In this document: positions 1-14,699 of the stretch, one piece after another
How positions within the stretch are numbered: the stretch's first letter is position 1
Layout: each line of letters opens with the position of its first letter
Assembly: GCA_951406725.2 (NCBI GenBank)
Contig: OX597814.1
Coordinates: 39,990,001 to 40,054,000 of the forward strand
Length of the DNA stretch: 64,000 nucleotides
DNA from: Octopus vulgaris
Taxonomy: Eukaryota
Direction of reading: 5' to 3'
Program-made: the position numbers and the translations under genes
Notes under the pieces: generated by a model
Told to the model about the DNA's origin: nothing
Databases searched by the model: none
What the model saw: only the letters and a program-made list of their open reading frames with translations

Positions 1-37
1 GATCCACTATGTTATACACGTGTTTTCATTGTATAGA

Positions 38-39
<2 letters not shown>

Positions 40-83
<44 letters not shown>

Positions 84-89
84 GTATGC

Positions 90-134
<45 letters not shown>
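40..134. repeat. Compound (TA)n/(TG)n microsatellite
   Basis: Direct reading. One of >40 similar arrays in the window (e.g. 393-613, 7604-7838, 44518-44645, 50940-51034, 56893-57003); these produce the [12 protein letters not shown] ORFs. Confidence 0.99.
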
Positions 135-135
<1 letters not shown>

Positions 136-391
136 ATGTATGTTTGTATATATGTATGTAGGCATGCTGCATGTATGTTTATATCAACCTAGAAATTTAG
201 CAAGATTAGATGCAGTGCAAAGTTGTATATATATATATATATTGGTAAAAACGGTAATATAACAAAAGAAAGAAAGATACCTCAATATTGCGTAAATAGA
301 GGAAATTTATTTGTAAATTAATATATTTAATAAAAACAAATTAAAATATATGTGAGCGGAACTGAACAGATCCACTATCTTATACATATAA

Positions 392-490
<99 letters not shown>

Positions 491-513
491 CATATATATA
501 CATATATATATAT

Positions 514-615
<102 letters not shown>

Positions 616-3600
616 GTGGCAAAGAAATAAATGAGATACTTACTGAGATATATATGTATATATATATATATATATATATTCACACACGCGCACACTCACA
701 GATGCAGTGTACATACGTATTTACCTACCTATGTTTATCTGTTTTAATCGCTTATTTATATACTATTCTACTTAATATTACGCGTATTTTCTTCTAATAA
801 TTTTGGAAATGTTTCTCTATTTACATCGTTGTTGAACTCAACTCCCTAATCTTGTGTGAACTTATTACCACGTATCCTCAGTAAAATCTATGTCTCTATC
901 GCGAATTTCCCATTTCTATTATCAAATATTTTGTCCTGAAGTTCTTTATTTGACTGAACATGTGGAAAGCATCAGCCTCATGCTTTAAGGTGGATGTGGG
1001 AAAAACGGACGAACACAATTTGCAGATCGGTTGTCAAACATGTGTTTGATCTCGCGCACTCACGCTGAGTATTGCTCGTTCTTATATTGTTGTTCGTTCC
1101 CTTTCCATCCAAATTGCTTCCCTAATCTCTTTGTAGTTTTTTACTGTACCACTTACTGTTCTCGGTATAAATACAGAAAGAAATCGAAGAAAAAGATAAC
1201 TTCCTCAGATAAGCAGTGAGAATGTCTTCAGGTCTTGAAGAATAGGTGAACTGCTATTGCTTGTGCTGAATCTTAAATTCTGGATAATAAATATACACTC
1301 AATTACGCTCCCTGTCACCACCTAGGAACACACTTTCTGTTTTCATTGTCTCCAAAGCACCTTCGTCAGATTAGAATGCATTTAAATCTTCCTTTCAGTT
1401 TATATGTCAAGATAACCACTTTGCATTCACTTTCCGATGTCCAAAATTTTTCCACTATTTTCTTCAACGTATGCTGACCGAATCAAGATGTAAAGTAAGC
1501 TCAAAGGAAAGTGCTATGTCTGTCTGTGTGAATCTGTCCATCGATCTGCTGGTCGAAGTTGATATTCTCCCACATAGCCTAGTATTTTTCAAAACTAATT
1601 TCACCTTTAAATGAAATTCTTTATTTACCTGTGTATATCACTACAGTCCATGGTGCCAGCTTTGAAAACAAACTGCATTATAACAATACACAGGAATCTA
1701 ATTTCATATAGATATATTAACTTTATAATCATGACCAATTGCTATCGGGAGTAGGTTTGCTTCCAACGAAAAAAAAAAAAAAACAGTATATATATTAATA
1801 TACTCCAAAGAATCAACACCTATCCTGAACCAAATATTTTTGTTAATCTGCAATATCGCAAAAAGAACTTCAGCATGTAATAGAAGAGATTTTTTTCTAA
1901 ATAACGTGAATGCCTCGGGCGCTTTTTTTTCAATGCTTCTGCAAATCAATTTTGAAACTCATATATACGCAGTTAAGAAATGCAAGAAAATATAACTTGT
2001 TTATTATGTAAATTATTTAGTGTATTATATGAGTAAAGCATACAACACATTAATAAATATATGTAACATGAGATAATTTCACCTTTTCCCTAAGTGTAAA
2101 AATATTGCTAATATATTCTCTCATTTTTGTAAAATGATTTAAGCACGATGTAATTTTGATTATTTTTTTACCTAACCCCAAAGAGTGATACAAATAAAAG
2201 CATAATAAAAACTATAATATAAAAATTAACAGTACACGAATAGAGAAATTTATATTCTCTCAACACATGATATAATAAATATATACAATTTCGCTTTACA
2301 TTTTACATTAAAAAAATCAAAGGTACCTTTCATGTGCAAACTAAATTTTCCGGAACAATTTTAAGTACGGCTATCAAAAAATCGCTTTTCCAATTTCATT
2401 ATAGCTTATTTCATGCTTAGGTCTTTTATTTTTCAGTTGATGTTCTAACTCCCAAGTGAAATATTAAATGTGTTCATCGGTATGAAGTATATTTGAATGA
2501 TAGCCAATTGTAGCCATTTTAAACGTTTAGAAAGAAGAAATCATTTAAATAGTTTAGTCAAAACTTCTGCTGCATTATCTCTGACTGCTAAGGGAGTTAT
2601 AACGAGATTAGGTTTAGAATATATGTATCAAGGCGGAAATTTGAATAAATACTTTACTAAAAAAAAGTGGAAACTTCATGAACATAAACATTATCGATAC
2701 TTTAAAATAACATATATTTCTAAAAACAACAAAAACCTAATGCATCTAAACAATAGCATCATTAATTCCAAAATATTGTGACCGACTTGGAGAGTAAAAC
2801 ATTATTATTCTAACGTAAATTGCTGTTAGACTTTGTTTTGAAGTATAACTGTTGCAATGCCATTTTATGGAGCGAGACAAGACAACAGTGCCAAAGTTTC
2901 AAATTTTACCTGGCTACTGAGTGTACTATACAACGAGATAAGCTTTGCATTCATTGATCTATAGATTTGGGAAGCACAATTTGTAAAAGCCAAATGAAAA
3001 TTGAAAATGGCTTATTATACATGGTAGAGGCAAAATATAGGAAAATTATTTATACACAAGTTATTACTGCATATAATAGAGATTCTGCTTACTGTGATCG
3101 CCGTCATTAACACTAGTTGGATACGGCGAGTGAAAGTTCCAGAGATCTTTATAATAGCATGTTTAGGCATTTTGGGCCTTTCTTCTTTCAAAGCCTGCTT
3201 GAGATGTTCAGTGCTAGAATGAGAACCACTGGGGCCAAATATCAGCAAAATTGTCCTCTCAAATCTTTTGCACTTTCCTGGCTTTATGAGCTTTATGGAG
3301 CTCCATCTTGAATTTATACATAATTACGTTCATGGTAACGAGCCTTAAGCCAACGTAGGACATTACATCTTAACGCATTATAATAAACACCGATTCTTTC
3401 ACCAGATTTGAAAAATTGAAGGCATATATTTGCCATCTGGTACCGCAATTCTCCAGAACATCACCTGAGCATGATGCTTTGTTCTGTAGAGGCCAGTGAT
3501 TCAGCAATATGCCGATCATTTTGACTGTTTACAATAGCACCAACAGAGAAGTTTTAATCCTCCTGACTTCCATTGAATATTTGAGATGGTATCTTGAAGT

Positions 3601-6081
3601 TCACATAAAGGATTGCAGGTCTAAAATCGCAGTGAATCGCATTTCATACAGTATTGGTATCAACTTGAGGTGGCATAGTTGGACTTATACCCGGAAAATC
3701 AAATGATATTGTTACTGTGGGGCCGAATGCTGAAAATCAGATAAAAAGAAATGTTTTAAAAACAATTGCTACATAGAAAATAAGGTTTACAAAATCTTCC
3801 AAGATTTACTACCCTAACCAATAGAAACTATAAACGTTAAACATATTTTCAACAAATCAAATGCAGTTGCAAAATGTTTCTATGATATAATATGATATAA
3901 AAGTCTAGGAAACACTTAAGCTCTGAATGTGGGCTAGTTTCTAACGGTAGAAATGTGGCGACTGACATATCGTATGTCATCGGCTTTACATAAACGTTGT
4001 CAGGTGTATAAGGGAGGTACAAATATCGGAGGTAAAACGAATATCACCGGATTTCCAGCAAAATTTATTGTCAAGAAACTTACTTTACTCTTTGTTAACT
4101 GGAAGCTGTCACGGAACACTCAAATCTATCAACGAACTCAAGCAAGTATTAAATATCTTGAACAAAACGATCTAATTGAGCCTCGTCAAATAAAACAATT
4201 TTCCCATTTAAAGCAGAAATACAATTGTCATTTTCACAGATAGCACACCAGGAAAGATATTGTTAATAAAATCTTAGAACAAGATCGAACAAAACTAGAA
4301 CACTGATGGATACCTAGTGAATATGTAGGCAAATTGAAACATTGAAAAACATTTTAAGTACAAAGTTTGTCCAAACACCATTGAGTTAATCTTGTAATTC
4401 TGCTAGAAATTTTATAAGCAAGTTGATGAGACTAGCTTACTTAACCCTGTCAAAGGTTTGTTTGGTATGTCAATCACAAAATAATTGACTTCAGTTATTG
4501 CAACTCTAGTAGAACCATACAATCCTCACAAGCTCAGAATTAGTAATAAATAATGAAGTTCAAAATGCGTACTATTTCTCAGAGAAACGTCGGAATGACT
4601 AAGGTTGCAAGAGTGATAACTTTGATCAGTAACATAAATACGTTACTAAATAAATAAAGTAGCTTGTAGTAGTTATGAGGAACAGAATGTGTACCAAACG
4701 ATTGTAACAAGGAAAACAAAATAAATTTCAAAAATCAGGCAAGGAAACATGACTCACTGTAGGATTAGTTGACGATTTTAAACTGAGCAGCTGATAGTGA
4801 GAAAAACGCACTAGTAAATCAACAGGTGGCATATTATTCGCTTCAGAAGCCAATTAAGGCTACAAAATAATTTCATTTAACATTTAGTATTTGCACGTAA
4901 TTATAAGAAAGTCATTGCACTTTGAAGAAAATTATTTTGAGATATAGTCCGCTGGACCTCCAAAGGGTTTCTAGGAAAACCAAAGGAGGAAATAATTCTA
5001 GTTTATCTTTGCAAATTCAAGCGATGGGGAATTTTAGATTAACAATTAGACAGTATGCTTTTATAAGTTTTACAATTAAAAAAAGTAAGGAATGTTAACA
5101 AAAATCACTATGCAGGGAATGATGGATTCAACAATTTAATCTCATACTCCCTCATATAACCAGATTTACAGTACTATACATAAGCATTTTATTCCAAATA
5201 TATATTCCATACTAAAAGGATATACAAGAGAACAAGTAAGACTGTAAAATATATTTCCTATTTATATTAGAAGCAAGAGAAATATCTTCCTCAATTCTTA
5301 AGTCATCGCCGTGAAATGTAGTACTGATATGGGATATGATAATCATCTACGTTACAATAATGTTGCTTTTTGATGCAACATGGTAGGCAGAAACTAACGG
5401 CAATTCATCGTATACACACAGACACAGAGACACAAACTCACACATCTATATAAAATTGATATAAGCAACAATAAGATATGTTTTACCAACAAGGAAAACT
5501 AAAATTGTTACGAAATATGACTAGGACTAATGTGTTAGAAACTCTGAAACAAGACCTGTGTTTGTACAGGCGCCATTTAAAGGCAGCTGCGACCGAGCCG
5601 ATATATCCCCAAGCCTGAGCGCTGGCTGTGTTTTCACCTCTGATGTTGGCCTTTGTTACAGATTTCAATAAGGTATTTGAGGGAAAAGAAAATGACACGA
5701 TGCCGATGATTACATTTTGTCTGAGAATATAGTCTGTGAAATATGAATGTAATCTGTGAAAATCTACTTATAAATATCGCAAGTGCCTCAAGGATATATA
5801 CTTTTATAAAAGGCCCTCCCAATATCCAATTTACGTTGTTATTTCTTTACCGTTTATTAATATGTGTACAAACATATTGTTATTGTTAATAAACGTAGTG
5901 TTTTGTATTATAGTGAAAATAAATTACATTAAAGCATCTGACAGAAGTTAGAGAATTCCTAAATGATGGAAAAGTAACATTCCATTCTATGGATTACACA
6001 TTCAATGTACATTCACAGACACACGCGCTCACTCATACACATACATACATACATACATATGCTATATATATATATATATAT

Positions 6082-7598
6082 ATAGTGAAAATAATTAAAG
6101 GGAGGGCAACAAGCTGCTTCGCCGCATACCAAAGGAATTAGAAATGGCAGTCAAAGACTGTTTTTTCCATTTTCTATAAGTGGATTTTCCAAATACGACG
6201 AACCCTGCGATTCACATACGCCAAAATGGAGTAGCAAATAAACGAAAACAATCTCTTACCGTTAATGATGAACATGTTTCTGGATCACAAGCTCGAAAAT
6301 AGCTTGATTTCCTTTATCAACACCATATTCGATAGATTTACCAAATGCCACAAGCCCTCAATTCTGACCAAGCGACATCAGATAGTGGGGGGAGGTGTGC
6401 ATATGTTAAAACTAAGTAATGACTGAGAACGTAAATTTTGCCTCCAAAATTCTGCCGTGCGCGCCGCCTGGCCGATCGCAATGGAATAAGAAGTCCACAT
6501 GGTAATACAATAAAAATGGTAAATAATTTTTCACTGGTTTTTTACCGGTAAATTTCTGTATGTAAATATGACAAATTCATCGTCAGGAACTTCTGGAAAG
6601 TTCAATATATAGTGAAAATAATTAAAGGGCGGGCAACAGGCTGCTTCGCCGCATACCGAAGGAATTAGAAATGGCAGTCAAAGACTGTTTTTTCCATTTT
6701 CTATAAGTGGATTTTCCAAATACGACGAACCCTGCGATTCACATACGCAAAAACGGAGTAGCAAATAAACGAAAACAATCTCTTACCGTTAATGATGAAC
6801 ATGTTTCTGGATCACAAGCTCGAAAATAGCTTGATTTCCTTTATCAACACCATATTCGATAGATTTACCTAATGCCACAAGCCCTCACTTCTGACCAAGC
6901 GACATCAGATAGTGCGGGGAGGTGTGCATATGGGGCGAAGCAGCCTGTTGCCCGCCCTTTAATTATTTTCACTATATAATGAACTTTCCAGAAGTTCCTG
7001 ACGATGAATTTGTCATATTTACATACCGAAATTTACCGGTAAAAAACCAGTGAAAAATGATTTACCATTTTTATTGTATTACCATGTGGACTTCCTATTC
7101 CATTGCGATCGGCCAGGCGGCGCGCACGGCAGAATTTTGGAGGGAAAATTTACGTTCTCAGTCATTACTTAGTTTTAACATATGCACACCTCCCCCACTA
7201 TCTGATGTCGCTTGGTCAGAAGTGAGGGCTTGTGGCATTTGGTAAATCTATCGAATAAGGTGTTGATAAAGGAAATCAAGCTATTTTCGAGCTTGTGATC
7301 CAGAAACATGTTCATCATTAACGGTAAGAGATTGCTTTCGTTTATTTGCTACTCCGTTTTTGCGTATGTGAATCGCAGGGTTCGTCGTATTTGGAAAATC
7401 CACTTATAGAAAATGGAAAAAACAGTCTTTGACTGCCATTTCTAATTCCTTCGGTATGCGGCGAAGCAGCCTGTTACCCGCCCTTTAATTATTTTCACTA
7501 TATAATGAACTTTCCAGAAGTTCCTGACGATGAATTTGTCATATTTACATACCGAAATTTACCGGTAAAAAACCACTGAAAAATTACTTACCATTTTT

Positions 7599-7603
<5 letters not shown>
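6082..7603. repeat. Tandem-plus-inverted array of a ~527-bp non-coding unit between (TA)n tracts
   Basis: Unit start GTGAAAATAATTAAAGGG at 6085 and 6612 (period 527). The second copy breaks at 6932, then the reverse complement runs 6935-7603 (TTTTCAC ends at 6972 and 7498, period 526). Copies are nearly identical. Confidence 0.95.
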
Positions 7604-7647
<44 letters not shown>

Positions 7648-7726
7648 ACATATATGTATATATGTATATATATGTATATATGTATGTATATGTATGTATA
7701 TATATATACATATATATATATGTATG

Positions 7727-7759
<33 letters not shown>

Positions 7760-7783
7760 ATATGTATGTATCAGTATGTATAT

Positions 7784-7840
<57 letters not shown>

Positions 7841-8356
7841 CACGCACATCTATATGATATTTATCAACAATGTAAAATATATGGCAAAAGGAATCGAAAG
7901 ATGCGTACTATATTTCACTACTGACCCTTGTCCAACAAGCATCATTTAATGAGCAGCTTCATATAGTATTCTAGAACCCGATGAAGCAGTGATGACAGTC
8001 AACAGCAAAAACAAAGCAAACAAACTCGACAATATTGATTTCAATTATGCCCTCAGACAAAATCGAAAGTATCCTCAGAAACTTTCACACTCAAAAACTT
8101 AAAAAGCATATTAACGATGCACATACAGACATAGGAAATATTAAGATAAACATGTGCATTTTGTATGAATGTCGTTTTACGTGGTCATAGATAAGTATGT
8201 AAATCTGTTGATACACATGTAAGTACATGCATGGATATATACACTTTTAGAAAAGCAATTACAGAATCTATCAGCTTTGTTCTGAAACGAATGCATATGG
8301 AAACGTCATGCATACAGATATATATATATATACACATACATATATAAACACGTACA

Positions 8357-9490
8357 TACACAGACAACCCCCTTGAAAATGAAGACTTCGACACCATCCA
8401 CCGAACAATTCCCTACTAAAAAGGAACCACAGTCATTCTTCCAAACGCACTCCATCATAAAGAGCATGACAACCCTAGTCAATGAAAAGTATTCTGACCT
8501 AAGCCCAAGTACTCTCGTCAACAGCATTGATATCGTCAGTAAAAATTGCGGAAGACGTAACTGTGTTCCATGCGCCAACGTAATTGAGGGATTGGAGTTC
8601 TCCTTCAAACACGGTCAACATTTTACAGCAGAAAACAATTTCACATATGCTTCGGAAGACCTAATATACTTGTTAACTTGCTGAGGGTGACACGAGCAAT
8701 ACTTAGGCCAAACCAAATACAGTCTACACCAGAAGATGGTCCTACATAGAGACCATATTAAAATATAAGAATACAGAAAAATAACATTTACTGAACATAT
8801 GGACATCTGCGCCACTAACGAACTGCCCAGCTTCAGAATTATTCCCCTCTATGAATTTAGAGACGATGCAACCTATAATGAACACATTACCAAAGAATCA
8901 TATTTTATCGCAGAATATAAACCTTTGTGAATGCTCTCACCACTGATTGCACTACTAGAAGGATCTTAGAATAATACCCATGCAAATATTAAAAACGATA
9001 CATTCAGAAGAGTCGCTACCCACTAATTTATTTAGATCAATTCCAGTCATTACTGCTAAAATAACAACAGGTCACTTGGCCATTCAAGAAGACTGTACGA
9101 ACAGTCTATTACTGTCATACCATTATTTTCCCCCTCCTCCTCCTCCTCTCCTCTTCTTCTTCTTTTTTCTTCATCTTCACCATCTCTTTCCTCGGTCACT
9201 GCTACTTAATCAATATCCAGAACCAACATCCCTCATACTAAATATTTTTTTTCAGATCTTCTACTGTCTACTTACCGAGCCTTCAGAAAAGAAAAAGTGA
9301 GATAGTCAGAGAAAAGGAAAATGCACCACCTATTTGAAAGCTATGGAAATATTAAAAAATAATATTTAATTTAATCTATCCACAATATAATTGCTTTCCT
9401 TGATTTACTCCAAGTTGAAAAAGTTGAAAAGCCTGAAACTGGTACTAAAATGCTCATGATAAAATTATTTTAGCATTTTCTAATTTGTCT
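8357..9490 (+). mobile_element. Penelope-like element (Neptune-like) 3' fragment: Cys-rich linker + GIY-YIG endonuclease pseudogene and 3' region
   Basis: Frame 8373-8930 read through stops: KNCGRRNCVPC...DLIYLLTC*G*HEQYLGQTKYSLHQKMVLH...KESYFIAEYKPL*. Collinear with the 53644-53994 ORF. An HHR 3' half (GCCT GAAA CTGG TA) lies at ~9431-9445. Confidence 0.85.
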
Positions 9491-9492
9491 CA

Positions 9493-9531
<39 letters not shown>

Positions 9532-9534
9532 GCA

Positions 9535-9623
<89 letters not shown>

Positions 9624-9795
9624 CTGTGTGTATGTATTACGGATATGTATAGCAAGTGACTTGATCTCAAATCGTGTGCTGAAACAAAAATAATTGCACG
9701 TGAAGATGTTTATTAGCCATTTATGAACACGCAAAAATGTTAGATTCTCTACAACATTTGAATTTAATTTGTGTCAAAATACGTAAACACACACA

Positions 9796-9872
<77 letters not shown>

Positions 9873-12800
9873 CTCGTAAATTTACGTTCAGAGGTTCTTG
9901 CCGATACTCTAGTAACTTAAATAGCGCGCTGCTGAACAAATCAAGCCATTCTTTCTGCAGTTTTTCTTTCTTTGCATTTCTTATGTATGACGAGCGATAC
10001 TTACCCAAACAGACGTTATCGTGAGAATTACTACTAAATATTTCAAAGAGCAATTCATTCCAGAAGCGAACCAATTTACATTTAGAGACCAAAGTAATAC
10101 AACAAGAAAGAAAACAACACGGTTTACTGACGTACAAGAAGTGTTCATAAAAGTTTTCCCCTGACAACTTGTCACAAGCTGGGATAAACGAAACTTCGCA
10201 TAATTATTTGTCCTTGTATACATAGCCACCTGTAATGGTGACACACTTCTCTTATTGATTTATGCAGCTGCGAAGGCCTCGTCTCTAGACGTGGGTAGGT
10301 TGCGTTTTCAGCGCAGACTTTACCTCGGATTTTTCCACGGACCACTCACTTACCTTCAATCTTTAATGAACACCCCTCGCATATTACAAAGAATATATAT
10401 TTGTATATTCTAATTATTTAGAATAGAAAAAGAAATCAAAATTCTGTGAGCACTGTCGAAGTAATAAATAAAGAGATCATTTCTAAAGGCTTAGTGAAAC
10501 ACGCCATTACCAAAGCCAGAAACTAGGGCGAAGGTTAACAACATATTGTTTCTAGCCTAGTAACACTATACGTTTCATAATATTGGAATATATTACTGTG
10601 TAAAAATATCAGAGACGTAGATATTAATTTATTTAACGTCTGGATTGCTCAATATGGCTAAATATTTTCAGAAAGAAATGCTACACGAAGATCAGCATTA
10701 AAGTAGATCGCATGAAGTATGTCATAAATATTTCGTTTAATAAAAACGAATATGTTGAATCAATGCATTTCGTATACAAAACATGGCACATCAATTTGCC
10801 TTGGTGAATAAACTTGTTATATCTTAAAAAATTATTCAGTTAAAAATATACTGATCAAATCACATTTTCTGTACACTTTATGTAAAATTATTATATAACT
10901 CCTTCCAACCGATTGATTAAAACTCCCTCACATCGTGGTTACTTATGAGCATGTAGATGGAAAGGAAAATTTGCAACAGTGCGCTTAAGGGCTTTTATTT
11001 ATTAAGCTATTGCTTCCTGAAACAAAGGGACATCGATCATTATGGTAGTAAAGATTCATTATGCGTTTAGCATGTTTGTTTGACATATCAGCCACTCATA
11101 TTTAGATGAATCATAACATTAAACAAAACTCCCTATCTCCGAGTTATTAGTTTTTTCCATTGAAATTCCAACGAACACCACGTTAAACATTATCCTTTCC
11201 ATCAAAGACAACGTCAGGAAGTTCCTACTTTAAACACGAGAATATACGAAAACAAGCGCGAATTCGTTGTTTCATTTATCTAGGTAAGGTATTTAATCCC
11301 AATTTTGCAACCGGTACATTTAATTAAATACTATGATTTGAAACACAAAGAAATACCAATATTACCCGTAATATTCTATTTCTAAACTTTCACTAGTAAT
11401 GGTTAAAATACTTTTTTACGTCTAAAATCAAATTAAATCCGCATTTACTCGTACTTTATAGTTGTAAGTAGCAAATTAGGCGGCCAGGATAAACATATAA
11501 TAATTAATCTCTCTAGTTTCCGTATTGCACACAATAATTGCCGGAAATAATTATACATTACAAATCAAATCGGGTTAACGGCACACAAAAGGAAAATTGC
11601 AACAGGAAATATTAAGGATGGGGAGAGGTCACTTCAATGAATTTCATTTAACAATAATAACAGCATAACACAGCAATATATTTACATTTGTTTATTAATA
11701 TGAACACCGACAGTTAGATTGTAGCCAATGTAATTTTACAGGGAATCTTCAATATCCCCGAAAGTAAGTTAACCGACTGCTTATAGATGGATAATAACAT
11801 GACGTTTTACGAATTAAGTTAAAGTATTTCAAGTTACACTTTTTGACGGATGATATTTGATTCAACAACAAAATTTCTGTAGGAGTTGGTGCCCAAAGTA
11901 TCTTATGGTACACTGCATACCAAGAATCATAATAAATAGCCTTTTCCTTAGTCATAAGAGCATGATGCGCAAATTGTCACGCAAATGAAATAAAGAGACA
12001 CGCCCACGTTTTTCTGATTACTCAGACATATATTCCCGTTATACTGGATAAAAGCCCATTGAAGATAAACATTTTAAAATGAAAGAGAATATTTATGATG
12101 CCAGCTTCGAAACCTACAACATCACTACACAGATTATACTTTACCTTGTGTTAATAACAATTATTTCCACGCGTCTTAAGCTTATCTGAAAGTTTTCAGG
12201 CAAGGAAAAATGTCATCGACCTCGTAATTCATATTTAATTGATTTGCAGAAATGGAATTTTATGTTAGTTCTCTAATCTTCAACATGTAGCGCTTAAATG
12301 CTTCTTGATCTAAGCTGAAGGGAGAGTTTATAATTTTTTTCTATAAAAGAAAGCGTCAAATAACGAAAATAAAAATATACAATATTCGCATACCCACACA
12401 TGCACACTAATCGTAATGTGGTGAAGGACGAAAATCAGCTGGCAAGGGATTTAGAAGTCTTTTCGAGGGACTTGCGTTGCCACTTGTCCCATCCAGGTCA
12501 TAAAAAGTAATTTTACGTTAAAGACAAGCTACACATCATGTCAATATTCTATCGAAGAAATCGGAGGTATCTCTCGTAACTCAAATGTTTTGATGATGGA
12601 TGCAGTCGGCAATGGATTCCAAGTTCTGATAGAATTAGTTTCGTTGTCACTGGACCAATGCATCTTTCTCTCCCTCCATCCCTCTCTCAATGCCAGAGTC
12701 GTCAGGAATTCAAGTGCAACATCTTAGCCACTAAACAAAACTTAGGACTGATCTTCCAGTTTCACAAATTGCGGCCAACAGAAAGCTTATGATAAACGCT

Positions 12801-12989
12801 GCATTATTCATAAAATTATTCTCACTTTCAGTTGCGTCTCCAAATGCAAGGGTTGTACAGAAAAATTCAAAAGTATGCATACATTTTTCAGTTAGCTCTC
12901 AGCGGTAACCGCCTTGGGTTATTTAAAATGCAAACGTTGTTGGAATAACACTTTCTTTATCGAAAGTCTCGATCCTGTTCATGCAGAAG

Positions 12990-13800
12990 CAATGTATACC
13001 AACAGTGAGTTGTTGACGACGGTGGTGGGTACAGACTGTTCATCCTCTATAAAATAAAAACCAGAAGCTATAATTTGTTGATAGAGTTATTACCATTCAT
13101 ATGAGCAACGTTCAGATAGCGATAAAGAAAGTTTAAAAAGCGGGAAACACTGACGAAAATCACACAGTATAAATCGGCAAGAGCAGATAAACAACGCACA
13201 TTTCGTGAGTTGCTACACAAAAAGATGGGTGTGCAATGAAGTGACCTCGGCAGCCGATACCTCACGTAGAGGAAAGTCATGCGGCGTATGCTCTGAAAGT
13301 GTTTGCAGCCAATGAAGACACTGTTTATCATTTCGCAAGAGAGAAAGTAACGCAAGCTCAGTTTATGATAGAAATAAAATCTTGCTCCATAGAATAGCAT
13401 TTCACCTCATTTCCAAGCCCAAAGAAATTCAAGAGCAACCGATCGACACGAAAAGTAATGTGGACAATAAAGGCGTCATTCTCTGATTTTCTGTACCGTT
13501 AACATTAACCATTGTAGAGATACACACCAAAAGTTTATGGAAGCCTTTAGAAACAAGATGCTGGAAAAACTGAAAACAAACCCTATTAATCATGACACTC
13601 TGGGATCACATGCATTTACGTGCCTCGTTTTTAGTTCAATAAAGCGCAGTATTTGGGACAACACTTTCTTGACACAAATTGTCTGAAGTTAGCCGTCAAT
13701 AAGTGCACACCTGAATATTTTGAAAGAAAACCGGTGAGTTAGATTTAAATATGCATCGTTTCATGTAGAGACTCGGTTGAATATGACCTTTGTAACATTT
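12990..13800 (+). mobile_element. Heavily decayed mariner transposase remnant
   Basis: Scattered mariner-like peptides in the expected order: KVM..W..KGVI.SDFL (~13450-13495), INHD (~13585), GQHFLDTNCLKLAVNK (~13655-13703), CIVSCRDSVE (GDYVE-like terminus, ~13752-13782). Confidence 0.5.
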
Positions 13801-14699
13801 GTAATTTTAACTACCTCTATTAGTTAACAAAATACCACTTTTGCATTACGCTCAGAACCATCTCAATACATCCCTACGTAGATTTATATTATGGATACAA
13901 GTACCAGCCTTTCTAACAACGTCGTCATAATTCTAAACAAAAATGTTCCTTCAAACATTATTACCCTTCCCATTTCCGACGATATTATCTTTATTACCAC
14001 TACCGTGTACATTAACAGTATCTTATCAACATAATTTCAAACCTAAATTCACTAATTCATTTCTTGAATAATGTATTCAATAGTAAACGTATCAAATTCA
14101 TCTCAAACAAGACAATATGTCGCTTGCAACGCAGAATTGTTATAGTGTCACACGAAATGCATTGAATTAATTAATTACGCTTTCAAAAGCTACATGCTTA
14201 AATTGCATCGTTGTCCATTTTGCGAATATCAGCTAACATCAAAACCAGTCAACTGTACCAAGTATACTCATTTATGTCGTCTGGTGCTATATCAAGAAAT
14301 CAATATTACCTATGATCACTGTAATCGCATATTACTTATGATCACCGCTATCAATAAAATTCTATCACTATTATCTTCTTCCTCATATACTTTGACATAA
14401 ATACATCTTGGTTTGACAAGGAAACTTCATTTTATATTGAGCACCTACACAAAAAGGTTACCGCCTTAATAAAATACATAAGGAGAAATGGATGTGATCT
14501 TTTAAATATATGTCTGTGTACGTGTGTGGATACGTATGTGTGTGTACGTGCGTGTGTGTGTACGTGTGTGTGTACGCGTATCAGTGTGTGTGGGTATGTA
14601 TGCGTCTGTGCGTGTTATCGAGAGAAGAAGCGTAAGCTCAAAATAGAATCCAGTGTATCTTATTTCAATAGAGCTAATAGTTAACCCAATTTAAATATT

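Noticed and set aside
4441-4524. Possible minus-strand exon (LYGSTRVAITEVNYFVIDIPNKPLTGL) with a GTAAG donor in phase with the 3729 exon
   Set aside because: Needs a weak GAG acceptor with an in-frame stop just upstream; compatible with chance.
5483-5735. GC-richer ORF (NTASAQAWGYIGSVAAAFKW) with nearby splice-like sites
   Set aside because: No recognisable homology and no consistent acceptor/donor pair on either strand.
6997-7050. CTGACGA...GAAA in the 527-bp unit as a canonical hammerhead
   Set aside because: No stem I and no stem II adjacent to GAAA could be formed; kept only as a hint in the finding.
7975-8012. CCGATGAAGC...CAGC-AAAAAC hammerhead-like remnant
   Set aside because: GAAA, cleavage triplet and stem I are all missing.
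9721-10381. 148-aa ORF and GGTAAG donor-like site
   Set aside because: The ORF runs into microsatellite and has no motif. 10355-10381 looks more like a mariner-type TIR remnant, but too weak to annotate.
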